In this document: piece after piece, positions 9,047-19,865 of the stretch | Numbering within the stretch: the stretch's first letter is position 1 | How the letters are laid out: every line of letters starts with the position of its first letter | DNA from: an uncultured virus (IMG/VR IMGVR_UViG_3300006116_000009) | Taxonomy: Duplodnaviria; Heunggongvirae; Uroviricota; Caudoviricetes | Direction: 5' to 3' (one strand) | IMG/VR virus record: IMGVR_UViG_3300006116_000009 | Length of the DNA stretch: 64,000 nucleotides | Notes under the pieces: model-generated | What the model was told of the DNA's origin: nothing | Databases searched by the model: none | Seen by the model: the letters and a program-made list of their open reading frames with translations, nothing else | Position numbers and translations under genes: made by a program

Positions 9047-10045
9047 ATGCCACAGCCATCAGTAAACAACGTTCACATTGACGCAATCTTGACCAACATC
9101 TCGGTTGCGTACTTGCAGAACACCAACAACTTTATTGCCGACAAGGTTTTCCCTGTGATTCCTGTTGACAAGAAGTCCAACCTGTACTTCAAGTACACCA
9201 AGGACGACTGGTTCCGTGACGAGGCTCAGCGTCGTGCTGACGGTACGGCTTCCGCTGGTTCAGGCTACGGTCTTACCACGGACACCTACCAAGCCGACGT
9301 GTTCGCCTTCCACAAGGACATTGGTGACCAGACCCGTGCTAACGCCGACAACCCCCTCAACCCTGACATGGAAGCGACCCAGTTCGTCACCCAGCGTCTG
9401 CTTCTGCGCCGTGAGGTTCAGTGGGCTACCGACTTTTTCCAAGCCGGTGTGTGGGGTACTGACGTAGTTGCCGGTGCCTACTCTTCGGGTGGCACCACTT
9501 ACGTCCCTGGTACGACTAGCACCATCAAGTGGTCGGACTACACCAACTCGCTTCCCATCGTGGACGTTGAGTACGCTAAGTACGCCGTGTTGCAGAACAC
9601 GGGCTACGAGCCTAACACCATGGTGTTGTCCTACCCCGTATTTCAGAAGTTGAAGGCTCACCCCACGCTGGTTGACCGCTACAAGTACACCCAAGCCGGT
9701 GCCATTGTCACCGAAGACCTGCTTGCGCAGTTGTTCGGTCTTGACCGTGTGCTGGTTGCCAAGGCAGTCGTAAACACGGCTGACGAGGGTGTCTCGAGCA
9801 ACTTCAACTTCACCGCCAACAACAACGCCCTGCTGTGCTACAGCGCACCTAACCCCGGTCTTATGACCCCCTCGGCTGGCTACACGTTCATGTGGACTGG
9901 CGTTTCGGGTGGTCTTGGTACGACTGTCGGTGTTAGCCGCTTCCGTATGGAAGAACTCAAGGCTGACCGTGTTGAAGGTGAAATTGCCTTCGACGACAAG
10001 GTTGTCGCTGCCGACCTCGGCTACTTCTGGAACAGCATTATCTAA
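9047..10045 (+). CDS. Major capsid protein
   Basis: 332 aa; HIDAILTNISVAY..FIAD.VFP..PV; PN..VL....L..HP; PSAGYTF; D.KVV..DLGY; strong codon bias; AGAAAGG SD; followed by a terminator. Confidence 0.9.
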   Translation: MPQPSVNNVHIDAILTNISVAYLQNTNNFIADKVFPVIPVDKKSNLYFKYTKDDWFRDEAQRRADGTASAGSGYGLTTDTYQADVFAFHKDIGDQTRANADNPLNPDMEATQFVTQRLLLRREVQWATDFFQAGVWGTDVVAGAYSSGGTTYVPGTTSTIKWSDYTNSLPIVDVEYAKYAVLQNTGYEPNTMVLSYPVFQKLKAHPTLVDRYKYTQAGAIVTEDLLAQLFGLDRVLVAKAVVNTADEGVSSNFNFTANNNALLCYSAPNPGLMTPSAGYTFMWTGVSGGLGTTVGVSRFRMEELKADRVEGEIAFDDKVVAADLGYFWNSII

Positions 10046-10065
10046 GTTCCAAAAGTCTCAAGTGG

Positions 10066-10100
10066 GAACCCCCTGCCTTCGGGTGGGGGGTTTCTGCTTT
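10066..10100 (+). terminator. Intrinsic terminator after the MCP
   Basis: GAACCCCCTGCC-TTCG-GGTGGGGGGTTTC-TGCTTT. Confidence 0.75.
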
Positions 10101-10122
10101 GTAGCGTGGTATAGTGAAAAGT

Positions 10123-10401
10123 ATGACTACACCCACACACCGTGTCGCAAAGTTCCTCCCTGCCGGTTCCGTCAATTACCACGTTGGCGACCTTGTAGAT
10201 GCTGGCGATTGGAATAACACGCCAATGCTTGTAAGTACCGACTACCTTATTCCCCTTAGTAAAGGTGAAATCGAGGCACTACAGGCGCAGGAACAAACGT
10301 CTGAACCAGAACCTGAACAGGACGATGCCGAAGTGATTATTGAAATCACCACGCCCCTGAAGAACAAGGCAACGGCTAAGAAGGCTACTGCTAAGAAGTA
10401 G
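10123..10401 (+). CDS. Hypothetical protein (post-MCP small protein)
   Basis: TATAGT -10 just upstream; Y.VGD.V motif; Lys/Ala tail. Confidence 0.65.
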   Translation: MTTPTHRVAKFLPAGSVNYHVGDLVDAGDWNNTPMLVSTDYLIPLSKGEIEALQAQEQTSEPEPEQDDAEVIIEITTPLKNKATAKKATAKK

Positions 10402-10436
10402 ATTTACAAATACGTCAGGTATCGTTGTATTTGACT

Positions 10437-10802
10437 ATGCGGTTATTTATTTCCGGCCCTATGAGGGGCATTCCCAACCACAACTTTCCAGCATTTGAAG
10501 AAGCACGGCTTCGTCTACGCAATAAGGGAAATGATGTGTACTGCCCTGCTGAATCAAATGTAGCGTCCGAAACGCCAGAAGAATTGTCGGCGTTGATGAA
10601 ATCACACTTGGAACAACTGCTGAAATGTGATGCCGTAATTGTTTTGCCTGGTTGGTCACGAAGCGAAGGCTCCAAAGTAGAAATCACCTGTGCCGTTGCA
10701 TCAGGTATTCCTATCTACGCCTACCATAAGCATCGCCCCGAAGTATTGGAACTGCTTACTAACGTAAAAATCATTACACGGGCAGAAATCCTAAATGTCT
10801 AA
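10437..10802 (+). CDS. Nucleoside 2-deoxyribosyltransferase-like protein (DUF4406-like)
   Basis: FISGPMRG...NFPAF...L.CDA...LPGW..S.G...E. Confidence 0.8.
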   Translation: MRLFISGPMRGIPNHNFPAFEEARLRLRNKGNDVYCPAESNVASETPEELSALMKSHLEQLLKCDAVIVLPGWSRSEGSKVEITCAVASGIPIYAYHKHRPEVLELLTNVKIITRAEILNV

Positions 10803-11289
10803 GGATATTTGGACTGACGGAACAACACCAGATTGGCACGACCCTACCAATCCGTGGAACGACCACCCATTTGTACGCACGGGTGGCGAACTAACTCGTG
10901 GTGAAAAGGCTGCGGATGCGGTACGAAACAAGATGGGTAGTTGGGGATTTGTCGGCACTTTCCTTACTTTTATGGTTATTTGGGCAGTGCTAAACGTTTA
11001 TTGGCTGAATAACAGGGGATTTGACCCCTACCCCTTCATCTTGCTCAACCTGTTTCTTTCTATGTTGGCTGGACTGCAAGGTGCAATTTTGTTGATTGCT
11101 GCCAAACGTGCTGATGCTGTATCTGCCGAACAAGCACTAGCCCACCTGAACCTATCCCGTGACAGTAGTGAAATACTGCAAAAGGTCGAACGAGAACTTG
11201 CCCGTAATACCAAACTGACGCACGATTTACACGCACTACACGCTGAATTGCGGAAGTTATTGGAAAACCCAAATAGTGTGAAAGAATAG
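10795..11289 (+). CDS. DUF1003-like membrane protein
   Basis: T.GE.AAD.V...GSW.F; FDPYPFILLNL.LS..A..Q..I. Confidence 0.85.
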   Translation: MSKDIWTDGTTPDWHDPTNPWNDHPFVRTGGELTRGEKAADAVRNKMGSWGFVGTFLTFMVIWAVLNVYWLNNRGFDPYPFILLNLFLSMLAGLQGAILLIAAKRADAVSAEQALAHLNLSRDSSEILQKVERELARNTKLTHDLHALHAELRKLLENPNSVKE

Positions 11290-11316
11290 AAACAGCACAA
11301 ACCTACAGGAGCAAAA

Positions 11317-12036
11317 GTGGCGCAGGTATTTTTCAATCAAGGGTTGACCGCCATTTTCAACCAACTTTTGATTCCTACGTCTGGTTCTACCCTTCAGGAA
11401 CCTGCGTACTACGTTGGTCTTTTCACCGGATTGAGTGGCACAACGGTTCCCGACCCCAATCAAACCCTTTACTCACTAAACTACAATGGGTACGAAATCT
11501 GGGGCAGTAGTGGCAACTTGGCATCTGGCTATTCCCGTCAGCCCGTGACGTGGAATGAAGTTACTACTGCTACGTCATACATCGTGCCAGACATTTCCAC
11601 CACTACATCTGGCAGCGCAAACATTGGCGATTGGTTCATTGGACTTTCTAGCACCGCTGGCGTGTCTGTCGGAATGACAATAGACATTGGTTTTGGAACC
11701 GGCGTGGACGATATTCGGGTCATCACCGGCATCAACGGTTCGTTAGTCACCCTTTCATCGCCAATTTCCAATTTCGCTTGGGAGAATGGCACCACTGTCT
11801 ACATTGGCGACAGTGTAAACGGTCAAAAGTCCACAGGCAATCAAGTCACTTTCACTGCTACGGGGTCATGGCCGCAAGTTAATGGCTATTTCATCACAGA
11901 CTCCGCTTCCAGCACAACAAGTGGAAACATTTACTTTGCCGCCAATTTTGCCGATGGTTCAGCAACCAACAATGGCCCAACTTTAGGTGCAAGCGACACG
12001 CTAAAGGTCACGCCCACTTGGTTGCTGAGCAACTAA
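11317..12036 (+). CDS. Putative virion structural protein
   Basis: Y.GLF...E.....GY.RQ.V.W...VTF.ATG.W..V.GYFI.D pattern seen in phage fibre-associated proteins; precedes the fibre gene. Confidence 0.6.
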   Translation: MAQVFFNQGLTAIFNQLLIPTSGSTLQEPAYYVGLFTGLSGTTVPDPNQTLYSLNYNGYEIWGSSGNLASGYSRQPVTWNEVTTATSYIVPDISTTTSGSANIGDWFIGLSSTAGVSVGMTIDIGFGTGVDDIRVITGINGSLVTLSSPISNFAWENGTTVYIGDSVNGQKSTGNQVTFTATGSWPQVNGYFITDSASSTTSGNIYFAANFADGSATNNGPTLGASDTLKVTPTWLLSN

Positions 12037-12057
12037 GGATGACCCGTCGAGGGTGAA

Positions 12058-15000
12058 ATGGCACGTACACCGTACACACTGAATAGTTATGTAGGCGAAC
12101 CATACGCCGCTGTACTAACAACGTCTATTGGGTCTGCCGACACTACTATTTCACTAACCTTCAACGAAGGTATTGGCTCGTGGACGGGATTGGGTGTTGA
12201 CGGTGGTTTCTACCTTGCCATTGACTACAACATGGTCAGCGAAGAACACATTTACGTTCCGGCAGGGTCATACGATTGGGCAAGTTCTACCGTTGTACTA
12301 AATGATGTTGTTCGTGGATACGACAATGGTGGAAATGGCGTTCCTCACGATGCAGGTGTAGCGGTTGTTCCAATTATCACCGCAACAGATACACGGGAAG
12401 CCAACTACGTGGTATCCCAAACCGTTGGTCAAATCCAAAACTACGGCGACCTTCTTATCGGGGCTAGTGAAAACACCCTCGAGGCGTTGCCAATCGGAAG
12501 CCCTAATCAAGTATTAGGTGTTAGCCCAGACGGTTCTACATTGGAATACCTGACTGTCTACGGTCAGCAGGGGCCACAGGGAAACGATGGTGCGCAAGGT
12601 AGTGCTGGAAGCCAAGGAAACGCTGGGGCGCAAGGTGCGCAAGGCGTACAAGGCATTCAAGGTTCTATCGGTGTCCAAGGAGTACAGGGTAATCAAGGGG
12701 TACAGGGAAACCAAGGAACTACCGGATTTCAAGGCGTACAAGGTGTTCAGGGTAGTGCTGGAAACAGCGGTTCGCAGGGTACACAGGGAGTACAGGGAAC
12801 GACTGGTAGCCAAGGTAATCAAGGCACTACAGGGGCGCAAGGCAATCAAGGTTCAGCAGGCAATCAGGGTAATCAAGGGACGCAAGGCTCGCAAGGTAAT
12901 CAGGGTACACAGGGTACTGCTGGAACCAACGGGTCACAGGGTGTTCAGGGTGTTCAGGGTGCCACCGGCGTACAGGGTACACAAGGTTTTCAGGGAAATC
13001 AAGGTGACCAAGGGGCGCAGGGTTACCAAGGCGTAACCGGAACAACTGGTAATCAGGGTTTTCAGGGCTTGCAGGGAAACCAAGGTTTCACCGGCGTACA
13101 AGGAAATCAAGGTTTCACTGGTGCGCAGGGGGTACAGGGTGTTCAGGGAAACACTGGTTCACAGGGTACTCAAGGAAATCAGGGTTTTCAGGGAACACAG
13201 GGTATACAAGGAACGCAAGGTGTACAGGGTGTACAAGGTGAAAAAAGTGCCGCCAACGCCCACGCAGCCGTAAGTGCCGTTTCCACCAACAACTTGCCAG
13301 CGACTTACGCAAACGGAAGCGCAGACGCAGAAAACGGAACGGGTGTTGGGGCAACCATTACCGCAAATGCCAATGGCGCACTCGGGGCTATTGACGGTGT
13401 AGCAATGTCCGTTGGTAGCCGTGTTCTTTTCACTGCACGAACCAACGCCATTGAAAATGGCATTTACACGGTAACAAGTGTTGGCTCACCAGGTACCAAG
13501 TACGTCTTTACCCGTGCCACCGACTACAACAACCACGTCACGGGTCAGGTAGAAAGTGGCGACTATGTGTTTTCTACTGGCGGAACACTTTACGCAGGAA
13601 CAACGTGGGTTCAATACAATGATGGTTCCAACCCTGACGGAACAATCCGCATTGGAACAGACCCCATCAATTTCACGCAAGCAGGCGGTGTTGGTGCGCA
13701 AGGCCCACAGGGTGCCACTGGTTCGCAGGGCGCTGGCGGTGTTATCAGCAACTACGGTTCGTTTTACTCGACGGTAACCCAGAACGCCACTACTGGTGGA
13801 GCCGCAATCCGTTTTGACACTACCAACGTCGCCAATGGCGTGACCCTTGTTAGCAATGGAACATACCTAACTCGTATTACTTTCCCCACAACGGGAACGT
13901 ACATGATTGACTTCTCTGGTCAGTTAGCGGTCACGGGTGGAGGAAACCGCACCGCCAACTTCTGGCTAGTTAAAAACGGAACTACCGCTGTGGCAACCGC
14001 CTACGACAATGTTGTTCAGAACAACTCCCCAGCACTTACCTCGTGGACGTACCAAGTAAATGCCACGGCTGGCGACTACTACGAACTGTTTTGGAACGGT
14101 GATACAACTAACCTTCAACTTCAGTTCAGCGCCGCTTCCGCCCCCGTGCCTTCCGTTCCCTCGGCGTTTGTTCGTGTCACTCAAGTCACCTATCAGGGCG
14201 CACAGGGAAATCAAGGGTATCAGGGTACACAAGGGGTTCAAGGGGTACAGGGTTATCAGGGAACCCAAGGAACTCAGGGAAATCAGGGCTATCAAGGCTA
14301 TCAAGGTATTCAGGGGCCATCAAATGGCACTGCTGGTGGCGACCTTAGCGGAAACTACCCTAACCCCACCGTTGCCAAAATACAAGGGGTTGCGGTTTCC
14401 AATGTTGCCCCCACGAGCAACCAAGTGCTTCGCTACAACTCGTCCACCAATGCGTGGACACCGGCAACGTCTACGCTTCTTATTCCAACCACCACCAAGA
14501 CGGCAAACTATTCGGCAATTCCAAATGATTATGTCGTTTGCAATCCCACGTCGGCTGGCATCACCATTTCACTACCGTCGGCTCCGGCAAACGGTTCAGT
14601 AGTTTCGGTATGCAACCTTTCTACCGCTACACAAACTGTCACAGTAACTCCAAGTGGTTCAGACGTTATTTCGGGCGGTAGTTCCACCCTTGCCTACGGG
14701 TTTTTCAACTCCCGTTCGTTTGTCTACGACGCAAATAACACCACATGGTTGCTCCAAGTAGACGAGTGGGGAACTACGGCTGGTGGCGACCTTACGGGGT
14801 CGTATCCAAATCCCACTGTTGGTGGAATACAAGGCTTCCCCGTAGCCAATACAACGCCTACAAACAATCAAGTGTTGCGCTACAGCACTACTACGAACCA
14901 ATGGTCGCCAGCAACCTCGACGCTTCTTGTTCCAACGGTCACTACCAACGTCAGTTACAATGCTTTACCAAATGACTACGTAGTATGCAACCCAACAACT

Positions 15001-17643
15001 ACGGGTATTACGATTTCACTACCCAGCGCACCGAGCAACGGGTCAGTTGTATCGGTTGCTGCCCTGTCTACGGCTACCTACCAGACAGTAATCAGCGCAT
15101 CAGGGTCAGACACCATTCAGGGTGGGTCAATTACTCTTGCTTCTGGTCTGTACAGTTCGGTGTCATTTGTCTACGACAAAAATGCCAATACGTGGCTGGT
15201 GCAATCACAAAAAGGAAATCAAGGCAATCAAGGTTTTCAGGGTTATCAGGGATACCAAGGTAATAACGGCACAAACGGTGCGCAGGGAAATCAGGGATAC
15301 CAAGGCGTACAGTCATCAGTAGCCGTAGGCACCGTTTCCACCACTACGTATGGCAACCCAGCATTAGTTACTAATACGGGTACTGCTGGTGCCGCAACTT
15401 TGAATTTCACCATTCCCCAAGGGCCACAGGGTGTTGCCGGAACAAATGGAACCAATGGTTCGCAAGGTAATCAAGGGTATCAAGGTGTGCAAGCATCGGT
15501 GGCTGTTGGTACGGTTTCTACCACATCATACGGAAACCCAGCCGTTGTCACAGATACAGGAACCGCAGGCGCAGGAGTACTAAATTTCACCTTGCCACAA
15601 GGGCCGCAGGGTGTCACTGGCACCGCCGGAACGCAAGGAAATCAGGGTTATCAGGGGGCTTCCTACGCCACCACATCTGTCACGTCGCTAACCATCGCCA
15701 CAGGTACGCAGACATTCACCGTAGGCACCAACCTTGCCTACACGGTTGGTCAGACAGTTCGCATATTCAACAGCCCCAACTACATGAGTGGCACTATCAC
15801 CGCTTACAACGCCAGCACGGGTGCTATGACGGTAAACATAACCGTCACGTCAGGTTCGGGAACGTTTGCTTCGTGGACGGTAAACCTAGACGGTTTGCAA
15901 GGCGTACAAGGGTCTACGGGTTCGCAAGGAAACCAAGGCTATCAGGGATATCAAGGCTATCAAGGTGCCGGTGTCACAGGTATTTCACCAGGCGCAATTA
16001 TCTACGGCAACGCATCGGGCAACTGGGTAGACACATCAACAGGTTCGGGCGGTGGTGCTGGTTCGGCTGGTCAGTTGCTTACATCATACGGAAACATTGC
16101 TAATGGTGGCCCCGAATGGGCTTCGTATGCAATTCACCGACCTGTCTCCGCAGTTACCACTACTAACGTTTCCGGTACGTATGTAGTTGGCGCAACGCTA
16201 ACAGTAGCCAGTGCCACCTATGCGTCAAACTCGGCTACGTATACCTACATCAATACAGGTGTCTTCGCAACTGCCGGTTCCCTTGTAACCATCACGGGTA
16301 TGTCCCCGACGCTACTAAATGGTACGTATGTAATTACTAGTGCCACCGCATCAACTTTCACCACATATTCAACCAGTGCTTCTAGTGGTAGTTCGACAAA
16401 CCCAGGTGTTGCCCAAATTGGAAACCTAACCCTTGACTATCCCCTTGCAACAGATATGTTCTTCGGGCCAGCCGGTACTTTTACTACTGATGGCTGTTCT
16501 GCTTCCCTCAACACACGATACTTGCTTACAGCACAAACTACCGCTACGCAAAATGGTATTTGGGTTGCCACACAGGTGTACACGGGTACGTCATCAACAG
16601 TCCCCGCTTCTAACGCATCGTGGTCTGCTGGAACCATTACGTTCGGCAATGCAGGAAACGTATTTGGAAACCTTGGTCTTTCTGTTGGTCAATACATTTC
16701 AGTAACTGGTGCCACGGTTACGGGATACAACGGCGTTTGGAAAATCGCCACCATATCGTCAGGAACCATAACTACCGCAGGTTTGGTGGCTAATCCTGGA
16801 ACGGCTAGTGGAACATTTGGAAACGTCAATGCGCCCGTAGTTTTCACCCGTGATAATGATGCCGACACAACAACCAAAATCTCATCTGCATTGGTTCAAT
16901 CACAACTTGGAACAACTTATGGCGGTTCTTCTTGGCAAATACCATTTTCCAGCGGTACTTTTGGAACAAGCAACATTTCGGCGTATCAAATCCTAAATAC
17001 CAACTCGTCGCTTTCTGCTACCAATAAATCATTCGGAAGTACTGGTTTTTACCTTTCTGGTAGTAGTGGAACTGTAAATGTTCTTGCAACAGGTTCTGTT
17101 GGTGGAACCCTGTACCTACCCACATTTGCTAGTGGTACAGATACCCTTGTTTCACTAGCCGTTTCCGCTACCCTTACAAACAAAACCCTTACGTCGCCTG
17201 TTCTAAACACACCTGTTGTAACAGGGCCATACGAAACCGTGGGCATTAGTGCAACAGCACTTAGTGGTTCAGTTGCGGCTTCTATTGCCATTGCCACCAA
17301 CTCGGTCTACTACTACACAGCAAACCCCACAGCAACTTGGGCATTGAACATTACAAACGCCCCTACGGTTACGGGGCAATCAGCAACGGTAGCCATCCTT
17401 GTAAACAATGGTGCAACAGCGTATCTACCAAGCAACATTACGGTCAATACCGTTCAGGCTGGTGCTTCATCTTCTGCATTGCCCGTGCAGGGAGCCACAA
17501 ACAACAACATCACGTCGTACTACCAAAATGCAACAGCGTGGTCAGCAGATGCTTCGACCCTTGATGTCTACACTATTACTGTTATCTGTACCAATGGGGC
17601 TACCCCTGCGTACACCTTACTTCTAGGATTGACCAAGTTCTAA
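12058..17643 (+). CDS. Collagen-like fibre protein (1861 aa)
   Basis: Long Gly-X-Gln triplet tracts separated by Thr/Ser-rich beta domains; R.L...T...NGIY...RATD fibre modules; duplicated AGGDL.G.YPNPTV module. Confidence 0.8.
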   Translation: MARTPYTLNSYVGEPYAAVLTTSIGSADTTISLTFNEGIGSWTGLGVDGGFYLAIDYNMVSEEHIYVPAGSYDWASSTVVLNDVVRGYDNGGNGVPHDAGVAVVPIITATDTREANYVVSQTVGQIQNYGDLLIGASENTLEALPIGSPNQVLGVSPDGSTLEYLTVYGQQGPQGNDGAQGSAGSQGNAGAQGAQGVQGIQGSIGVQGVQGNQGVQGNQGTTGFQGVQGVQGSAGNSGSQGTQGVQGTTGSQGNQGTTGAQGNQGSAGNQGNQGTQGSQGNQGTQGTAGTNGSQGVQGVQGATGVQGTQGFQGNQGDQGAQGYQGVTGTTGNQGFQGLQGNQGFTGVQGNQGFTGAQGVQGVQGNTGSQGTQGNQGFQGTQGIQGTQGVQGVQGEKSAANAHAAVSAVSTNNLPATYANGSADAENGTGVGATITANANGALGAIDGVAMSVGSRVLFTARTNAIENGIYTVTSVGSPGTKYVFTRATDYNNHVTGQVESGDYVFSTGGTLYAGTTWVQYNDGSNPDGTIRIGTDPINFTQAGGVGAQGPQGATGSQGAGGVISNYGSFYSTVTQNATTGGAAIRFDTTNVANGVTLVSNGTYLTRITFPTTGTYMIDFSGQLAVTGGGNRTANFWLVKNGTTAVATAYDNVVQNNSPALTSWTYQVNATAGDYYELFWNGDTTNLQLQFSAASAPVPSVPSAFVRVTQVTYQGAQGNQGYQGTQGVQGVQGYQGTQGTQGNQGYQGYQGIQGPSNGTAGGDLSGNYPNPTVAKIQGVAVSNVAPTSNQVLRYNSSTNAWTPATSTLLIPTTTKTANYSAIPNDYVVCNPTSAGITISLPSAPANGSVVSVCNLSTATQTVTVTPSGSDVISGGSSTLAYGFFNSRSFVYDANNTTWLLQVDEWGTTAGGDLTGSYPNPTVGGIQGFPVANTTPTNNQVLRYSTTTNQWSPATSTLLVPTVTTNVSYNALPNDYVVCNPTTTGITISLPSAPSNGSVVSVAALSTATYQTVISASGSDTIQGGSITLASGLYSSVSFVYDKNANTWLVQSQKGNQGNQGFQGYQGYQGNNGTNGAQGNQGYQGVQSSVAVGTVSTTTYGNPALVTNTGTAGAATLNFTIPQGPQGVAGTNGTNGSQGNQGYQGVQASVAVGTVSTTSYGNPAVVTDTGTAGAGVLNFTLPQGPQGVTGTAGTQGNQGYQGASYATTSVTSLTIATGTQTFTVGTNLAYTVGQTVRIFNSPNYMSGTITAYNASTGAMTVNITVTSGSGTFASWTVNLDGLQGVQGSTGSQGNQGYQGYQGYQGAGVTGISPGAIIYGNASGNWVDTSTGSGGGAGSAGQLLTSYGNIANGGPEWASYAIHRPVSAVTTTNVSGTYVVGATLTVASATYASNSATYTYINTGVFATAGSLVTITGMSPTLLNGTYVITSATASTFTTYSTSASSGSSTNPGVAQIGNLTLDYPLATDMFFGPAGTFTTDGCSASLNTRYLLTAQTTATQNGIWVATQVYTGTSSTVPASNASWSAGTITFGNAGNVFGNLGLSVGQYISVTGATVTGYNGVWKIATISSGTITTAGLVANPGTASGTFGNVNAPVVFTRDNDADTTTKISSALVQSQLGTTYGGSSWQIPFSSGTFGTSNISAYQILNTNSSLSATNKSFGSTGFYLSGSSGTVNVLATGSVGGTLYLPTFASGTDTLVSLAVSATLTNKTLTSPVLNTPVVTGPYETVGISATALSGSVAASIAIATNSVYYYTANPTATWALNITNAPTVTGQSATVAILVNNGATAYLPSNITVNTVQAGASSSALPVQGATNNNITSYYQNATAWSADASTLDVYTITVICTNGATPAYTLLLGLTKF
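12561..13239 (+). repeat. Collagen-like (Gly-X-Gln)n coding repeat
   Basis: Uninterrupted 9-nt periodic GGN-NNN-CAR-rich triplets; shorter tracts recur up to ~15970. Confidence 0.9.
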
Positions 17644-18581
17644 TGTCGCCAATTGTTTCTTCACGTGGTGGAATGTCTGCTTCTGCGTTTGGGGAATTTG
17701 CTACTGCATCAGCCCCTTCTGGTTTTGGTTCGTATCTTTTCACCACTGTTGGCTCCACATCATGGGTTTGCCCGGCTGGTGTGACATCCGTGTCAATCAT
17801 TTGTGTTGGTGGTGGTGGAGGCGGTGCGCAATCAGGAGGTTTTGGCGCTGGAACCGCTGGTGGTGTTTCTTCTTTTGCTTTCGGCGCAACTGTTTATCTA
17901 AATGCTAATGGTGGTGGCGGTGGCAGTAATAACGCTGGTTCTGGTGCTGCGGCTAGTAACTATGGTGGAACAAAACTGACTGCCGGAAACTTTGGTGGTA
18001 CTGGTGGTGGCGGTACAAGTGTGTACGCAACTGGCGGTGGAGGCGGTGCAGGTGGTTATTCGGCTGCTGGTGGTGCTGGTGGTGCTGGTAATGCTTCTGG
18101 TTCTGCGTCCACAGGTGGCGGTGGCGGTGGCGGTGGCGGTGGAGGCTCAACCGGCCCAAGTGGTGGTGGCGGTGGTGTAAGCGTATACGGCGCAGGTGCA
18201 AATGGTGCAGCAGGTGTTGGAAACTCTGCGTCGGGTAATGGCGGTGGTGGCGGTGGTTCGGGTGGTACTACTGGTTCTCTTGGTTCGCTTACAGGTAACA
18301 GCGGAGGTGCTGGCGGAACATACGGTGGTGGCGGTTCTGGTGGAAACTATGGTTCCGCCCGAGGCGGTGGGGCTGGAGGTTCGCTTGCTTACGCAAATAC
18401 CGTCGCTGTGACACCCGGTAGCACATACACAATCCTTGTCGGAAGTGGCGGCGCTGGCGGTACAAATACCGCCCAGGCTGGTAATGGTGGCAATGGTGTG
18501 GTGCGTATTGTTTACCCTGGTGATACTCGAACATTCCCATCAACCAACGTCAGTTCAACAACCAACGAAACGGTTAGGTAA
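17643..18581 (+). CDS. Glycine-rich fibre-associated protein
   Basis: W.CPAGVTSVS..CVGGGGGG...VTPG..Y.I.VG.GG...G.VRI, a glycine-rich domain typical of phage fibres. Confidence 0.75.
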   Translation: MSPIVSSRGGMSASAFGEFATASAPSGFGSYLFTTVGSTSWVCPAGVTSVSIICVGGGGGGAQSGGFGAGTAGGVSSFAFGATVYLNANGGGGGSNNAGSGAAASNYGGTKLTAGNFGGTGGGGTSVYATGGGGGAGGYSAAGGAGGAGNASGSASTGGGGGGGGGGGSTGPSGGGGGVSVYGAGANGAAGVGNSASGNGGGGGGSGGTTGSLGSLTGNSGGAGGTYGGGGSGGNYGSARGGGAGGSLAYANTVAVTPGSTYTILVGSGGAGGTNTAQAGNGGNGVVRIVYPGDTRTFPSTNVSSTTNETVR

Positions 18582-18601
18582 TAACGGTATAGTTATCGTC
18601 T

Positions 18602-19846
18602 ATGACGATTTCACTATATACCCCTAGTCATAATCCAAAATGGCTAGATAAAGTGTACAAATCCCTACAAGACCAGAAGTATCAAGAATGGGAATGGGTC
18701 GTTCTTCTGAATAACGGGGCGCAGTGGGAACCACCCCTTGATGACCGCATCAAAGTCCACCACGCCGAACCAAACGTAAAAGGCGTGGGTGCGCTAAAAA
18801 AGTATGCCGTAGAACTTTGTACTGGCGACATATTGCTGGAACTAGACCACGATGACCTTCTTATGCCAACTGCATTGGAAGAAGTGGCTACTGCGTTTAG
18901 TGAAAACCCCGACGTAGGTTTTGTGTATTCCGACTTTGCCCAAATCAACGAAGATGAAACGCCAAATCACACAGTGTTTGACCCTGCGTATGGCTGGTCG
19001 TATGAAAAAGGGTTTTTCTTAGTGGTAAATGGCAAGTCTCCACACCCCCATCACGTTGCCCACATTTGGTACGCCCCCAATCACCTACGAGCATTTCGAC
19101 GGGAAGCGTATGAAGCAGTCGGCGGATACAACCACACGTTTACCGTTCTAGATGACCAAGACCTGATGTGCCGGTTATACATGGTCACACGTTTTCACCA
19201 CATCAAGAAGAACCTGTACTTACAGCGTGTTCATTCCGGTCAAACACAAGCGCAACCAGATATCAACCCAGCAATCCAAACCGGAACGTTAGAACTATAC
19301 GAACGCCACATCTCGGAAATGATGGTGAAATGGTCTAAAGACAATGACCTGTTTGCCTTTGACTTGGGTGGGGCGCACAATCCAGCCAGCGGTTACCAGA
19401 CAGTAGATTTGCACGAACCAGCAGACCACGTTGGCGACGTGTTTGACGTGTTGGGTGCTTGCCCCGACAACAGTGTTGGTGTAATCCGTGCTTCCGACTT
19501 CTTAGAACACCTTGACCCAATGCGTAAAGTGGAGTTTTGGAACGAAGCCCACCGTGTACTCGCTAATGGTGGAATGATGCTTACCCTGACACCATCGGCT
19601 CGAGGGAACGGCGCATTTATGGACCCGACGCACATTTCGTACTACATTGAGCAAAGCCATTGGTATTGGACTGACCGTAATTATCAACGATTTGTGCCTG
19701 AAATCACCGCACGGTTCCAAGTATCACGCTTACGGACGTACTTTCCTAGCGAATGGCATCAGCGAAATGACATTAGTTATGTACAAGCAAACTTGATTGC
19801 GCTAAAAAATGATAGCGAGCGTTTCGGTGGTATCCTTTCCATCTAG
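18602..19846 (+). CDS. GT2-family glycosyltransferase fused to a SAM-methyltransferase-like domain
   Basis: YTPSHN..WL...SL..Q; ELDHDD (DxD); D.DL..RL; C-terminal DLGG...DFLEHL...E.HRVL..GG...DPTH. Confidence 0.85.
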   Translation: MTISLYTPSHNPKWLDKVYKSLQDQKYQEWEWVVLLNNGAQWEPPLDDRIKVHHAEPNVKGVGALKKYAVELCTGDILLELDHDDLLMPTALEEVATAFSENPDVGFVYSDFAQINEDETPNHTVFDPAYGWSYEKGFFLVVNGKSPHPHHVAHIWYAPNHLRAFRREAYEAVGGYNHTFTVLDDQDLMCRLYMVTRFHHIKKNLYLQRVHSGQTQAQPDINPAIQTGTLELYERHISEMMVKWSKDNDLFAFDLGGAHNPASGYQTVDLHEPADHVGDVFDVLGACPDNSVGVIRASDFLEHLDPMRKVEFWNEAHRVLANGGMMLTLTPSARGNGAFMDPTHISYYIEQSHWYWTDRNYQRFVPEITARFQVSRLRTYFPSEWHQRNDISYVQANLIALKNDSERFGGILSI

Positions 19847-19865
19847 GTAGCATTTAGGGGCGCAA

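Noticed and set aside
14325..15210. Duplicated fibre module as a DGR template/variable repeat pair
   Set aside because: Both copies are in frame within one gene, differences are not adenine-specific, and no reverse transcriptase is present
12561..15970. Periodic repeats as a CRISPR or satellite array
   Set aside because: The 9-nt period with synonymous variation encodes collagen triplets
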